64,000 nucleotides of DNA from Gammaproteobacteria bacterium (GCA_965209035.1 OZ242372.1:1248001-1312000); one strand, 5' to 3'; numbered from the stretch's first letter, positions 9,320 through 19,015 are shown. Notes: generated from the sequence alone by a model not told the origin. Made by a program: numbers and translations.

Positions 9320-10654
9320 TTAGTGCTTCCGCAATTCTTTGTTTAGTAAATCATAAAGTAATTGCATATCGCTTTCTTCCATTACAAAAGGCGGGGCGAT
9401 GATCAAGGTGTCTCCCGTTCCTTTGACATGCAGACCCGACCAAAAAAGATTTTGATACACCTTGTTCCCGCGCATTGAGGGAATCTCTTCCGGTTCCAAC
9501 TCAATCCCCGCCAGCATTCCGTAATTGCGGATATCCTTGACGACGGGTATCTCTTGGAGTTGAAACAGAAGATCTTCCAATCGGGGAGCAAGTTTCCGAA
9601 CCTTTGAAAGAATGTCTTCGTCCTTCATTATCTTTAATGTTGCCAAACTTGCGGCACATGCGACCGGATGTGCCGAAAAGGTATAGCCATGGAAAAACTC
9701 AATCGTTTTTTCGTGAGAGGCATTAACCACCGTTTTGTAGATATTTTCGTTAAATGCCACGGCAGCCATGGGAACGGCGCCGTTGGTGATGGCTTTTGCC
9801 ATGCTGATTATATCCGGTTTGACGCCGAATTCCATAGCACCAAACCAATTTCCCAACCTGCCAAAGCCGGTTAGGACTTCGTCAAAGATCAGAAGAATGT
9901 CGTGCTTGTCGCAAATTTCACGCAGTCGTTTCAAGTACCCTTGCGGCGGGACAAGGCAGCCGATCCCGCCCGAAACGGGCTCAACAATGCAAGCGGCAAT
10001 ATTCTCGGCACCGTAGGTATCAATATGCTGTTGCAGATCTTCCGCCAGGTAGGCGCCTTTTGCCGGCAGACCGCGCGTGAACCGATTTTCCTCCAATAAA
10101 GTATGTCGCATGTGTGCGGTCGGCGGCGAAATCGGGTTAAAAAACCGGCGATTGTTGACGATACCCGTCAACGAAATCCCGCCCATATTGACACCGTGAT
10201 ATGAGCGTTGCCGGGCGACAAACATTGTTTTTTGGCCCTGCCCTTTGGCGCGCCAATATGCGTAAACGCCTTTGATGACTGTTTCCACCGCTTCGCTGCC
10301 CGAATTGGCAAAGAATAACTTGTTCATTCCTTCCGGTAATATTTGGCTCAGTTCCTCCGCCAGGCGAAAAGAGAGCGCGTGCCCCGTATTGAAATGCGGG
10401 GTAAAGTCCAAAGTGGCGAGTTGCTCGGACACCGCATCCCGGATTTCCGGTCTGCAGTGGCCGAGTGGTGTCGTGAACAGGCCCGCGCTGCCGTCCAAAA
10501 TTTTATCGCCCTGTTGGTTCCAGTAATAAACACCCTTCGCTTTTGCCATCATCCTGGGCTTTTGTTTAAAATCCCGGTTGGCACTGAAAGGCATCCAGTG
10601 ATTTTGCATGTTCATATCGTTCGTATTGTTGTTGTTAATGTTTTGTTCTTTCAT
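9320..10654 (-). CDS. Class III omega-amino acid:pyruvate aminotransferase, probably acting on taurine
   Basis: HWMPFSANRDFK, NSGSEAVE, LIFDEVLTGFGR, SMAKAITNG (PLP Lys), FFHGYTFSAHP; taurine gene context. Confidence 0.85.
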   Translation of the reverse strand: MKEQNINNNNTNDMNMQNHWMPFSANRDFKQKPRMMAKAKGVYYWNQQGDKILDGSAGLFTTPLGHCRPEIRDAVSEQLATLDFTPHFNTGHALSFRLAEELSQILPEGMNKLFFANSGSEAVETVIKGVYAYWRAKGQGQKTMFVARQRSYHGVNMGGISLTGIVNNRRFFNPISPPTAHMRHTLLEENRFTRGLPAKGAYLAEDLQQHIDTYGAENIAACIVEPVSGGIGCLVPPQGYLKRLREICDKHDILLIFDEVLTGFGRLGNWFGAMEFGVKPDIISMAKAITNGAVPMAAVAFNENIYKTVVNASHEKTIEFFHGYTFSAHPVACAASLATLKIMKDEDILSKVRKLAPRLEDLLFQLQEIPVVKDIRNYGMLAGIELEPEEIPSMRGNKVYQNLFWSGLHVKGTGDTLIIAPPFVMEESDMQLLYDLLNKELRKH

Positions 10655-10847
10655 ATTTTTGATTCCTCTTTTTTGTCAGGTATATTAAAAATAAATGTAT
10701 AATATTATACATATTTTTTGCATTAATGGAATAACCGACGAAAAAACCCGAAAAAATATTTTTCGTCGCCGCCTTTCCTCTCTTGCTCGGCTCATAAGAT
10801 CCGTGACACATCGTTCTTCTGTTCTATCATCCGGTTTTAAGTTTTAT

Positions 10848-10941
10848 AAATAGAATAAGAAAGGTTATAATCTAATTTCGGGTCTCAAAATAGAATAAGA
10901 AAGGTTATAATCTAATTTTGGGTCTCAAAATAGAATAAGAA
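10848..10941 (+). repeat. 40-bp tandem repeat (about 2.3 copies) containing TATAAT, upstream of fic
   Basis: aaatagaataagaaaggttataatctaatt(tc/tt)gggtctca with period 40. Confidence 0.85.
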
Positions 10942-11004
10942 TTAATATGGGATTTTTATGATCCCTCACTACGAGTTGAAAGATCATTTCACGGATACAG
11001 ATTT

Positions 11005-12294
11005 ATGAGCATTTTACTAAGTTCCAAGTTTCCCGGAGAAACAAGAAGAGGCGGCGGCTATGATTACTTTTTGCCGGCCGATATTTTCCTGGCGAAAAGA
11101 CTTGTGTTTGACGGCAACCTGCTGCAAGGGCTGGAAATAGCAAGCCACTCCTTCGGCAAGTTCACAGCCAAAATTAATGACATCCCGCATATTGAAATGT
11201 TTATGCGTTCTTATGCCAACAAGGAGGCGGTCCATTCCACTCGCATTGAGGGCACACAGGCGAGCATTCCGGATGCGTTTGTGGATGACGAAAGCAGGAT
11301 TGCGTTCGCAAAAAGGAGCGATTGGCATGAGTTACGACAATATATTTTGGCGTTGAACGCCGGAGTGGCGATGTTGGATCAGCTTCCTTTGGGAGAAAGA
11401 CTGATCCGTGACATTCATAAAATTGTTCTCTCGCAAGCCCGCGGCCATGGCCGGTCGCCGGGTGAATATCGTAGGATGCAAAATTGGATCGGCGGGAGTC
11501 ATCCGGCGAGTGCGCGTTTTGTACCGCCACCGCCGCAATGTGTGGACGAAGCGATGCGCAACCTGGAGTTATTCATTCAGGACCGAAAAGTGCCTATGCC
11601 CGAACTCATCAAGATTGCGTTAATTCATTGGCAGTTTGAAACGATTCATCCTTTCTTGGACGGAAACGGCAGGGTTGGTCGCATTTTAATTCTTCTTTAT
11701 TTGATGGAAAGAAAAATGTTATCCCGCCCCGCTTTGTTCCTATCCGCCTTTTTTGAAAAACACAGGCCGGATTACTATGATGCGCTGCATGCCGGCCGTG
11801 TAGATGAGAAGGGTATCAAAAGGTGGATAGCCTTCTTTTTGGAAGGAATCGCTGTCACATCCCGTCAGGCGATGCAAAAGACAGAGAGTCTCATAAAACT
11901 TAAAGAGCGGATTACCGGCGCAGGTGTCAATGTGTCCGGTTCCGGCAAGCAAGTCAAGAGTGCCATCAAACTGGCCGAGTTTCTCTTTAAGAAACCCGTA
12001 GTACATTCCGCTTTGGTGAGCAACGAGTTGCAATTAACGCCCCAAACAACAAATACTCTTTTGAACGGCTTCTTGAAGAACGGCATCTTGAAAGAAATTA
12101 CCGGCCAAAAGAGAAACCGGGTGTTTGTGTTTGAAGAATATTTGAATCTTCTTAACAGAGACGAAGATCTGACGGATACAAACGGGCGGGCTAACGAACA
12201 GACGGGCCGGCAGGCGAACAGACAAATAGACGGGATGACGAATAGAATCTCCCAAACAGAAGATGCTTCGCAAACAAAATACCAAGCAAAATAA
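11005..12294 (+). CDS. Fic family protein with C-terminal HTH
   Basis: Intact HPFLDGNGRVGR motif, STRIEGT inhibitory-type helix, C-terminal EITGQKRNRVF. Confidence 0.92.
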   Translation: MSILLSSKFPGETRRGGGYDYFLPADIFLAKRLVFDGNLLQGLEIASHSFGKFTAKINDIPHIEMFMRSYANKEAVHSTRIEGTQASIPDAFVDDESRIAFAKRSDWHELRQYILALNAGVAMLDQLPLGERLIRDIHKIVLSQARGHGRSPGEYRRMQNWIGGSHPASARFVPPPPQCVDEAMRNLELFIQDRKVPMPELIKIALIHWQFETIHPFLDGNGRVGRILILLYLMERKMLSRPALFLSAFFEKHRPDYYDALHAGRVDEKGIKRWIAFFLEGIAVTSRQAMQKTESLIKLKERITGAGVNVSGSGKQVKSAIKLAEFLFKKPVVHSALVSNELQLTPQTTNTLLNGFLKNGILKEITGQKRNRVFVFEEYLNLLNRDEDLTDTNGRANEQTGRQANRQIDGMTNRISQTEDASQTKYQAK

Positions 12295-12324
12295 CGGTTT
12301 TTCCGTGCATTCTTTCAAAACACT

Positions 12325-13407
12325 GTGAAGATCTCCAAGGAAAGCATCCTGTCATCTCCCATGTGGGTGAAGACGGTATTTCGTTCTTTGTTGCCCTTCG
12401 GCATCGGCATGCTGGGCATGTTGGGCGGGTATGCCGTGGGCTTGCCGCTGCCGCCCTTGATGGGACCCATGCTCACCAATGCGGGCTGTGCCATTGCCGG
12501 TTGGTCTATGCGACTTTCCTCCAAATTCATGCCACCGATTTTTTTAATTGTCGGCTGGTACCTCGGCAGTCGCGCCACCCCGGAAATTTTGCAGAGCATG
12601 GCACAGTGGTGGCCGGCGGTCCTGCTGGTCATTGTTTGGACAGTCCTGACTGTTTTGATAGGGTTTTGTTATTTTGTTTTTGTTGCCCGCTTTGACAAAC
12701 AAACCGCTATTTTTGCCTCTCTGCCGGGCGCGTTGGCAAATATTATCGCATTTATCCGGGATTCTGTTCCGGATCAGCACAAGATCATTGTCCCCCAGGT
12801 TGTGCGTGTCTTTTTTATGGTAGGATTGCTGCCGGCCCTATTTTCATTTTTTCTGCCGCCGACGGACTTACTGTCATCGGAGGGCGTATCATTCTCTTTG
12901 CGGCGGTTTGAGTTACTTCACTGGGGTCTGTGTGTTTTATTAACCTTCGCTTTGGCGATAGTATTTCGTTATCTGCGTGTTCCTTCCCCCGAATTCTTGG
13001 CGGGCGTGATTGCATCGGGCTTTTTTTACGCCACGGGACTCATTACCGAGCCATTCCCCAACTTCCTGATCATTGCCGCCTTTTTCCTGCTCGGCTGTCT
13101 CATCGGCGGCAGGTTTACCGACACCCCTCTGCGGCAAGTTCTTTCTCTGGGAAAACACGGAGTGGCGGTCAGTTTCCTGATGCTCCTTTTCTGTATTCCG
13201 GGGGCGTTCCTAACCTTGTTCTGGGTGGATGTTCCGCGGTTTAGTTCGGTGTTGGCTTATATTCCCGGTGCGATTCACGAGATGTCGATCATCGCGGCCG
13301 CCTATGAACTGGAACCCCTGTTTGTTGCGTCCATGCATTTTGTGCGGGTCGTTTTTATTGTCTTGTCTCTGCCGTTTTTGTTAAGGTTTTTTTCAAACTC
13401 AAAGTAG
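12325..13407 (+). CDS. AbrB (aidB regulator)-family membrane protein
   Basis: Two-fold internally repeated TM protein with LP.P.LMGPM, SLPGAL and YIPGAIHEM..IA; HFVRV. Confidence 0.8.
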   Translation: MKISKESILSSPMWVKTVFRSLLPFGIGMLGMLGGYAVGLPLPPLMGPMLTNAGCAIAGWSMRLSSKFMPPIFLIVGWYLGSRATPEILQSMAQWWPAVLLVIVWTVLTVLIGFCYFVFVARFDKQTAIFASLPGALANIIAFIRDSVPDQHKIIVPQVVRVFFMVGLLPALFSFFLPPTDLLSSEGVSFSLRRFELLHWGLCVLLTFALAIVFRYLRVPSPEFLAGVIASGFFYATGLITEPFPNFLIIAAFFLLGCLIGGRFTDTPLRQVLSLGKHGVAVSFLMLLFCIPGAFLTLFWVDVPRFSSVLAYIPGAIHEMSIIAAAYELEPLFVASMHFVRVVFIVLSLPFLLRFFSNSK

Positions 13408-13459
13408 GGAGAAGGCGGAAAAGTGCCGGGCATCTTGCCGGGGATGACTTCTTGACTTC

Positions 13460-14916
13460 TCATCCCGCTCGCCCCTAAGCCCCAATCCTTAAAAGCCCTA
13501 AGCCTGCAACGCCGCGATACAGGCCATCAAAACAAGATCCTCGCTGTCACAGCCGCGCGAAGCATCCATACGCAACATCCATAAAAGAGGCGTTTAACCC
13601 CGTAACAATCGGTCCTACGGCGGTGGCACCCGCAAAATGGCGGACCAGTTTATAGCCGATATTCCCGCTATTTAAATCGGGAAACACCGGAACATTTGCG
13701 TCCCCATGAATCGTGCTTTGAGTGGCCCTGGCGGCCGCAATTGCCGGCCGCAATTGCCGGCACCAAGGCTGCGTCCGCTTGCATTGATTCCCGGTGCGAT
13801 TCACGCGATGTCGATCATCTCACCCCGTTCGTCCCTAAGCCCCAAGCCCCAATCCCTAAGCCAACAACGCCGCGATACAGGCCATCAAAACAAGATCCTC
13901 GCTGTCACAGCCGCGCGAAGCATCCATACGCAACATCCATAAAAGAGGCGTTTAACCCCGTAACAATCGGTCCTACGGCGGTGGCACCCGCAAAATGGCG
14001 GACCAGTTTATAACCGATATTCCCGCTATTTAAATCGGGAAACACCGGAACATTTGCGTCCCCTTGAATCGGGCTTTGAGTGGCCCTGGCGGCCGCAATT
14101 GCCGGCCGCAATTGCCGGCACCAGGGCGGCGTCCGCTTGCATTGATTCCCGGTGCGATTCACGCGCTGTCGATCATCTCACCCCGTTCGCCCCTAAGCCC
14201 CAAGCCCCAAGCCCTAAGCCGGCAACGCCGCGATACAGGCCATCAAAACAAGATCCTCGCTGTCACAGCCGCGCGAAGCATCCATACGCAACATCCATAA
14301 AAGAGGCGTTTAACCCCGTAACAATCGGTCCTACGGCGGTGGCACCCGCAAAATGGCGGACCAGTTTATAACCGATATTCCCGCTATTTAAATCGGGAAA
14401 CACCGGAACATTTGCGTCCCCATGAATCGTGCTTTGAGTGGCCCTGGCGGCCGCAATTGCCGGCCGCAATTGCCGGCACCAGGGCGGCGTCCGCTTGCAT
14501 TGATTCCCGGTGCGATTCATGCGATGTCGATCATCTCACCCCGGTTCTATCCAAGCCCTAATCCCTAAGCCCTAAGCCTGCAACGCCGCGATACAGGCCA
14601 TCAAAACAAGATCCTTGCTGTCACAGCCGCGCGAAGCATCCATAAAAGGGGCGTTTAACCCCGTAACAATCGGTCCTACGGCGGTGGCACCCGCAAAATG
14701 GCGGACCAGTTTATAGCCGATATTCCCGCTATTTAAATCGGGAAACACCGGAACATTTGCATCTCCTTGAATCGGGCTTTGAGTGGCCCTGGCGGCCGCA
14801 ATTGCCGGCCGCAATTGCCGTCACCAAGGCGGCGTCCGCTTGCATTGATTCCCGGTGCGATTCACGCGATGTCGATCATCTCACCCCGTTCGTCCCTAAG
14901 CCCCAAGCCCTAAGCC
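13460..14916 (-). repeat. Four tandem 345-358 bp chimeric copies of the pta 3' end plus a 33-bp piece of the AbrB-family gene
   Basis: Anchor caacgccgcgatacagg recurs with periods 358, 358, 358, 345. Each unit also contains attcccggtgcgattcac.cgatgtcgatcatc matching 13261-13293. Confidence 0.95.
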
Positions 14917-15891
14917 CTAAGCCTGCAACGCCGCGATACAGGCCATCAAAACAAGATCCTCGCTGTCACAGCCGCGCGAAACATCCATAAAAGGGGCGTT
15001 TAACCCCGTAACAATCGGTCCTACGGCGGTGGCACCCGCAAAATGGCGGACCAGTTTATAGCCGATATTCCCGCTATTTAAATCGGGAAACACCAGAACA
15101 TTTGCGTCCCCTTGAATCGGGCTTTGAGTGGCCTTGGCGGCCGCAATTGCCGGCACCAGGGCGGCGTCTGCTTGCATTTCACCGGCGCAGAGAATCTGCG
15201 GTGCCGCTGCTTGCAACAGCGCGGCGGCGGCGCGCACTTTCCGAGCACTCGGATGGTCGGCGGATCCGTAAGTAGAGAACGAAAGCAAGGCCACCCTGGG
15301 TTTCTCTTTGCAGAGTTTTTCATGCAGTTCGGCGGCCGCAAGAGCAATGTCAGCCAACTGTTGTTCGTCCGGTTCCGGCAGGACCGCACAGTCCGCAAAA
15401 GTCAGTGTCTTATTTTTCATAAGCATCAAAAATGCCGAAGAGACCAAAGATGTCCCGGCTTGCAGACCGATGACCTGCAAGCCGGCACGCATCACCTCGG
15501 CTGTGGGAAACAACGCCCCGCCGATTCCGCCGTCTGCCTGTTTGGTTCGCACCAAAAGAGCGGCGAAATACAACGGATGCCGAGCCAACTTTTTGGCCTG
15601 CTCCCGGCTGATGCCTTTGTGTTTCCTCAGTTCGTAAAGAACCTCGACAAGATCGGCAAATTCGGGAAGTTCCGGGTGCTGCGAATATTCCGCGGGATTG
15701 AGTCGCTCCAATCCCGCCCCCGCCGGAAAATCATCTTTTTCGGACAGAAGCAGCGGTCGGCAAAGACCCTCCAATGCGAGTTTTTGGGCGGCCGCCCGCA
15801 CCCGCGGATCGTCACCTTCGGCAAAAACAATCCGCCGGTTTTTCATTTTGGCACTTGCCAAAATATCCCGCAGAACCGAGTTTGTCATCAC
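14917..15891 (-). CDS. pta: Phosphate acetyltransferase
   Basis: RIVFAEGDD.RV, FADCAV, ALLSFST.GS, GEMQADAAL, FPDLNSGNIGYK, DVSRG; follows xsc. Confidence 0.93.
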   Translation of the reverse strand: MMTNSVLRDILASAKMKNRRIVFAEGDDPRVRAAAQKLALEGLCRPLLLSEKDDFPAGAGLERLNPAEYSQHPELPEFADLVEVLYELRKHKGISREQAKKLARHPLYFAALLVRTKQADGGIGGALFPTAEVMRAGLQVIGLQAGTSLVSSAFLMLMKNKTLTFADCAVLPEPDEQQLADIALAAAELHEKLCKEKPRVALLSFSTYGSADHPSARKVRAAAALLQAAAPQILCAGEMQADAALVPAIAAAKATQSPIQGDANVLVFPDLNSGNIGYKLVRHFAGATAVGPIVTGLNAPFMDVSRGCDSEDLVLMACIAALQA

Positions 15892-15981
15892 TTCGCCAAG
15901 GTTGGCGCGGCTGTCGCCAAGACACCCGCGGCCAAGCTCGGCGTTACAACAACCCCCTGCGGAAGATGAGCAAGATGCCTA

Positions 15982-17751
15982 TTACTGAAACTTCTTGTAT
16001 TTGGACAGATGGCGCACCGGCATCTTTAAGGCATCGCGACGAAACGGATCTCCCAGTTCTTTGGAGCACATCACTTCCAGAACGGTGGTCTTGTTTTTCT
16101 TTTGATTGTCGCAAGACTTCTCAAAGGCTTCTCCCAGGTCTCCCAAGTGTTCCACCCGCACTCCTTCGGCGCCCATCGCCATTGCCAACTCGGCAAAATT
16201 GGGGTTCTTAAGATTGGAGCCGAGAAAGCGCCGCCCATAGTAATCCACTTGATTCTTCTTTTCCGCCCCCCATTGACCGTTGTGAAATACCACGGCGGTC
16301 ACCGGGATATCTTCGCGTACACAGGTCAGGATCTCGCCGAAACTCATACACCAGGCACCGTCGCCGACATAGGCAATTGCCGGTCGCTTCGGCGCGGCCG
16401 TTTTTGCCCCGATGATCGCCGGCAGCGCATAACCGCAGTTGCCAAAACTCATTGCGGCAAAGAAACTTCTCGGTTGATTGAAGCGCAGATAACTGTTGGA
16501 AACAGAGCAAATGTTGCCAATGTCGGTGGATACCATCGCGTTTTCCGGCATGGCATCTTCCAGCACACGCAGTATTTCTCTGGGCGAGGGATAAGGGCTT
16601 TTCTGTTTCATTTCCAAACTCCACTCGTCTTTTTCGCGAGTCCATTTGTCCAGTTCCTTTTCCCATTTGTTTTTTTCCGCGGTCAGTTTCCGGATTCTGT
16701 CTTCTTTGTTGGTCCGGCAAACGATTTGCGGTATTTTTTTCAGGCGTTGCATCAGGGCGTCCGTCGCCGCACCCGCGTCCGCTTGAATGCCGACAGATAT
16801 CTTGTTCACCAGTCCCAGCATCTTGCGGTCCGAATCAATCTGGACAATTTTTGCCTTTTTGGGCCAGTAGTTTAGTCCGTACTGCGGCAGGGTGCCAAAT
16901 GGCCCGAGCCGGGAGCCGATGACCAAAATGAGATCCGCCTTGGAAATTACCTTCATTGCGGCTTTGGAACCCTGGTATCCCAAGGGGCCGCACCAAAGAG
17001 GATGGCTGGCGGGGAACGAGTCATTGTGCAGATAACTGTTGACCACAGGCGTTTGCAAATACTCCGCAAGCGCGATCACCTTTTCCGTGGCATCATTCAG
17101 AATGACGCCGCCGCCGGAAAGGATCACCGGGTTTTTGGCTGCGGCAATGGCCGCCGCCGCTTCGTCCAACAATTGGCCGTCTCCCGCACCCAAGGCATAC
17201 TTGACTTCCGGCGGTATGACCGCATCCAACTCCCCGTAAAACTTGTTGCGCGGGATATTTAATTGCGTGGGCCCCATTTCCGCCATTGCCATATCAAAAG
17301 CACGCCCGGTCAACTCCGCCATTCTCTGGTGTTCGGTGACATGTGCCTGATACTTGGTGATGCGGGAAAAGATCGGCAGCTGGTCGGTTTCTTGAAACCC
17401 GCCCAAGCCGATCGTCATACTGGATGTTTCCGGCGTAATGGCTACGACCGGTGAGTGGGCCCAATAAGCGGCCGCGATCCCGGTCACAAAATTGGTGATA
17501 CCGGGGCCGTTTTGCGCGATGCAAACCCCGTGTTTTCCGCTGGCGCGGGAATAGCCGTCCGCCATATGTGCGGAGCCCTGTTCATGCACAGTGGGAATAA
17601 AACGAATTCCCGCGGCAGGAAAAAGATCCAACGCGTCCATGTATGCCGAACCGACTATACCGAACACATCTTTAACATTGCGTGAAACCATCGTTTCCAC
17701 AAATGCTTCGCTTGCGCTTATTTTCATGCTTCCTTTCATAGTTTTTTTCAT
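15982..17751 (-). CDS. xsc: Sulfoacetaldehyde acetyltransferase
   Basis: EAFVE, FGIVGSAYMD, AQNGPGITNFVT, GPLGYQGSKAAM, WGAEKKNQ, ELGDPFRRDA. Confidence 0.95.
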   Translation of the reverse strand: MKKTMKGSMKISASEAFVETMVSRNVKDVFGIVGSAYMDALDLFPAAGIRFIPTVHEQGSAHMADGYSRASGKHGVCIAQNGPGITNFVTGIAAAYWAHSPVVAITPETSSMTIGLGGFQETDQLPIFSRITKYQAHVTEHQRMAELTGRAFDMAMAEMGPTQLNIPRNKFYGELDAVIPPEVKYALGAGDGQLLDEAAAAIAAAKNPVILSGGGVILNDATEKVIALAEYLQTPVVNSYLHNDSFPASHPLWCGPLGYQGSKAAMKVISKADLILVIGSRLGPFGTLPQYGLNYWPKKAKIVQIDSDRKMLGLVNKISVGIQADAGAATDALMQRLKKIPQIVCRTNKEDRIRKLTAEKNKWEKELDKWTREKDEWSLEMKQKSPYPSPREILRVLEDAMPENAMVSTDIGNICSVSNSYLRFNQPRSFFAAMSFGNCGYALPAIIGAKTAAPKRPAIAYVGDGAWCMSFGEILTCVREDIPVTAVVFHNGQWGAEKKNQVDYYGRRFLGSNLKNPNFAELAMAMGAEGVRVEHLGDLGEAFEKSCDNQKKNKTTVLEVMCSKELGDPFRRDALKMPVRHLSKYKKFQ

Positions 17752-17763
17752 AGTTTTGTTACC

Positions 17764-17807
17764 TCGTAGATACTTCGTAGATACTTCGTAGATACTTCGT
17801 AGATACT
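17764..17807. repeat. 11-bp tandem repeat x4 abutting the xsc ribosome-binding site
   Basis: (tcgtagatact)4. Confidence 0.9.
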
Positions 17808-17892
17808 TTCAATAATAAGTTTCTATTATATACTTTTTCCCGATATGTTTTTTGATAATTTTTCCCAAAGGGTTTATCCTATAATTAATGAT

Positions 17893-18231
17893 ATGCCAAA
17901 AATAAAATTTCTGCCGCATGCGGAGTACTGCCCCGAAGGAAAGGTGATTGAGGGGATGGAAGGCGAAACCGTTCTGGACGCGGCCGCCCGTTATGGAATG
18001 GACATTGAGCATGCCTGTGAAAAATCCTGTGCCTGCACCACCTGTCATATTTTGGTGCGCACGGGTTATGATTCGCTTGATGAAGCTACCGAGGACGAAG
18101 AGGACATGCTGGACCGAGCATGGGGGTTGGAACCCGTCTCGCGCCTCAGTTGTCAGGCGGTAGTGGGGAAGGAGGACTTGGTTGTGGAAATTCCCAAGTA
18201 TACGATCAATATGGTTTCGGAAAATCACTGA
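17893..18231 (+). CDS. fdx: ISC system 2Fe-2S ferredoxin
   Basis: MPKIKFLPH..CPEG, IEHACEKSCACTTCH, SRLSCQA, EIPKYTIN. Confidence 0.96.
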   Translation: MPKIKFLPHAEYCPEGKVIEGMEGETVLDAAARYGMDIEHACEKSCACTTCHILVRTGYDSLDEATEDEEDMLDRAWGLEPVSRLSCQAVVGKEDLVVEIPKYTINMVSENH

Positions 18232-18361
18232 GCTTAGAAGAGCTTGGAAGAGCTATGAAGAACTTGGAAATCACGATTGTCGGGATGATGAGATGACAGA
18301 TAGATTGACTATTATTACTATTATTAAAGACAAACAAAAAATATAAATAAAACACAGAAAA

Positions 18362-18565
18362 ATGGAAATTAAGTGGACAGACACGCGCGACATTGCAATC
18401 GCACTTGCGGAAACGCATCCCGATACGGACCCGCAGTGGGTTCGATTCACCGATATGCACAAGTGGATTTGCGAGTTGGAAAATTTTGCCGATGACCCGC
18501 AAAAATCCAACGAGAGTATATTGGAAGCCATTCAGATGGCATGGATTGAGGAGGTGGCAGACTGA
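18362..18565 (+). CDS. iscX: Fe-S cluster assembly protein IscX
   Basis: KWTD.RDIAI.L, VRFTDMH.WI, SNE.ILEAI. Confidence 0.96.
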   Translation: MEIKWTDTRDIAIALAETHPDTDPQWVRFTDMHKWICELENFADDPQKSNESILEAIQMAWIEEVAD

Positions 18566-18978
18566 TGGCAACCGAACAGACTCTTTCCATCATAAAACCC
18601 GATGCGGTTAAGAAGCAACTGATCGGGGTGATCCTTGCCCGTTTTGAAGCAGCCGGCCTGTCTCTAAAAGAGATGAAGATGCTGCGTTTGACAAGAGAGC
18701 AAGCGGAACAATTTTATGCCGAACACAAGGGCAAACCGTTTTTTGAGCCTTTGGTCAATTTCATGACTTCCGGCCCCGTTGTGGTCCAAGTCTTGGCGGG
18801 CGAAGATGCGATTGCGTTCAATCGGCGTTTAATGGGAGACACGGATCCGCGCAAGGCCCGGCCGGGAACCATACGCCGCGATTTTGCCGACAGTATTGAC
18901 GCCAACATCGTGCATGGTTCGGATTCACCGACCTCGGCCGCCCGTGAAATTGGCTTCTTTTTCCCGGACGCAAATTAA
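18565..18978 (+). CDS. ndk: Nucleoside diphosphate kinase
   Basis: [25 protein letters not shown]. Confidence 0.97.
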   Translation: MATEQTLSIIKPDAVKKQLIGVILARFEAAGLSLKEMKMLRLTREQAEQFYAEHKGKPFFEPLVNFMTSGPVVVQVLAGEDAIAFNRRLMGDTDPRKARPGTIRRDFADSIDANIVHGSDSPTSAAREIGFFFPDAN

Positions 18979-19015
18979 AAGCATCCAATTAAAAAACCTC
19001 CGACCCCCTTCGTGC

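Noticed and set aside
8957-14916. Diversity-generating retroelement template/variable repeat pairs at gene tails
   Set aside because: Differences involve T and C as well as A and include indels, the targets are housekeeping enzymes, and no reverse transcriptase is in the window.
13547-14990. Repeated 77-105 aa ORFs in the pta array as genes
   Set aside because: Frameshifted fragments or antisense readings of the duplicated pta tail.
15982-17751. Second acetolactate synthase
   Set aside because: Xsc-specific motifs and linkage to pta and tauABC identify it as sulfoacetaldehyde acetyltransferase.
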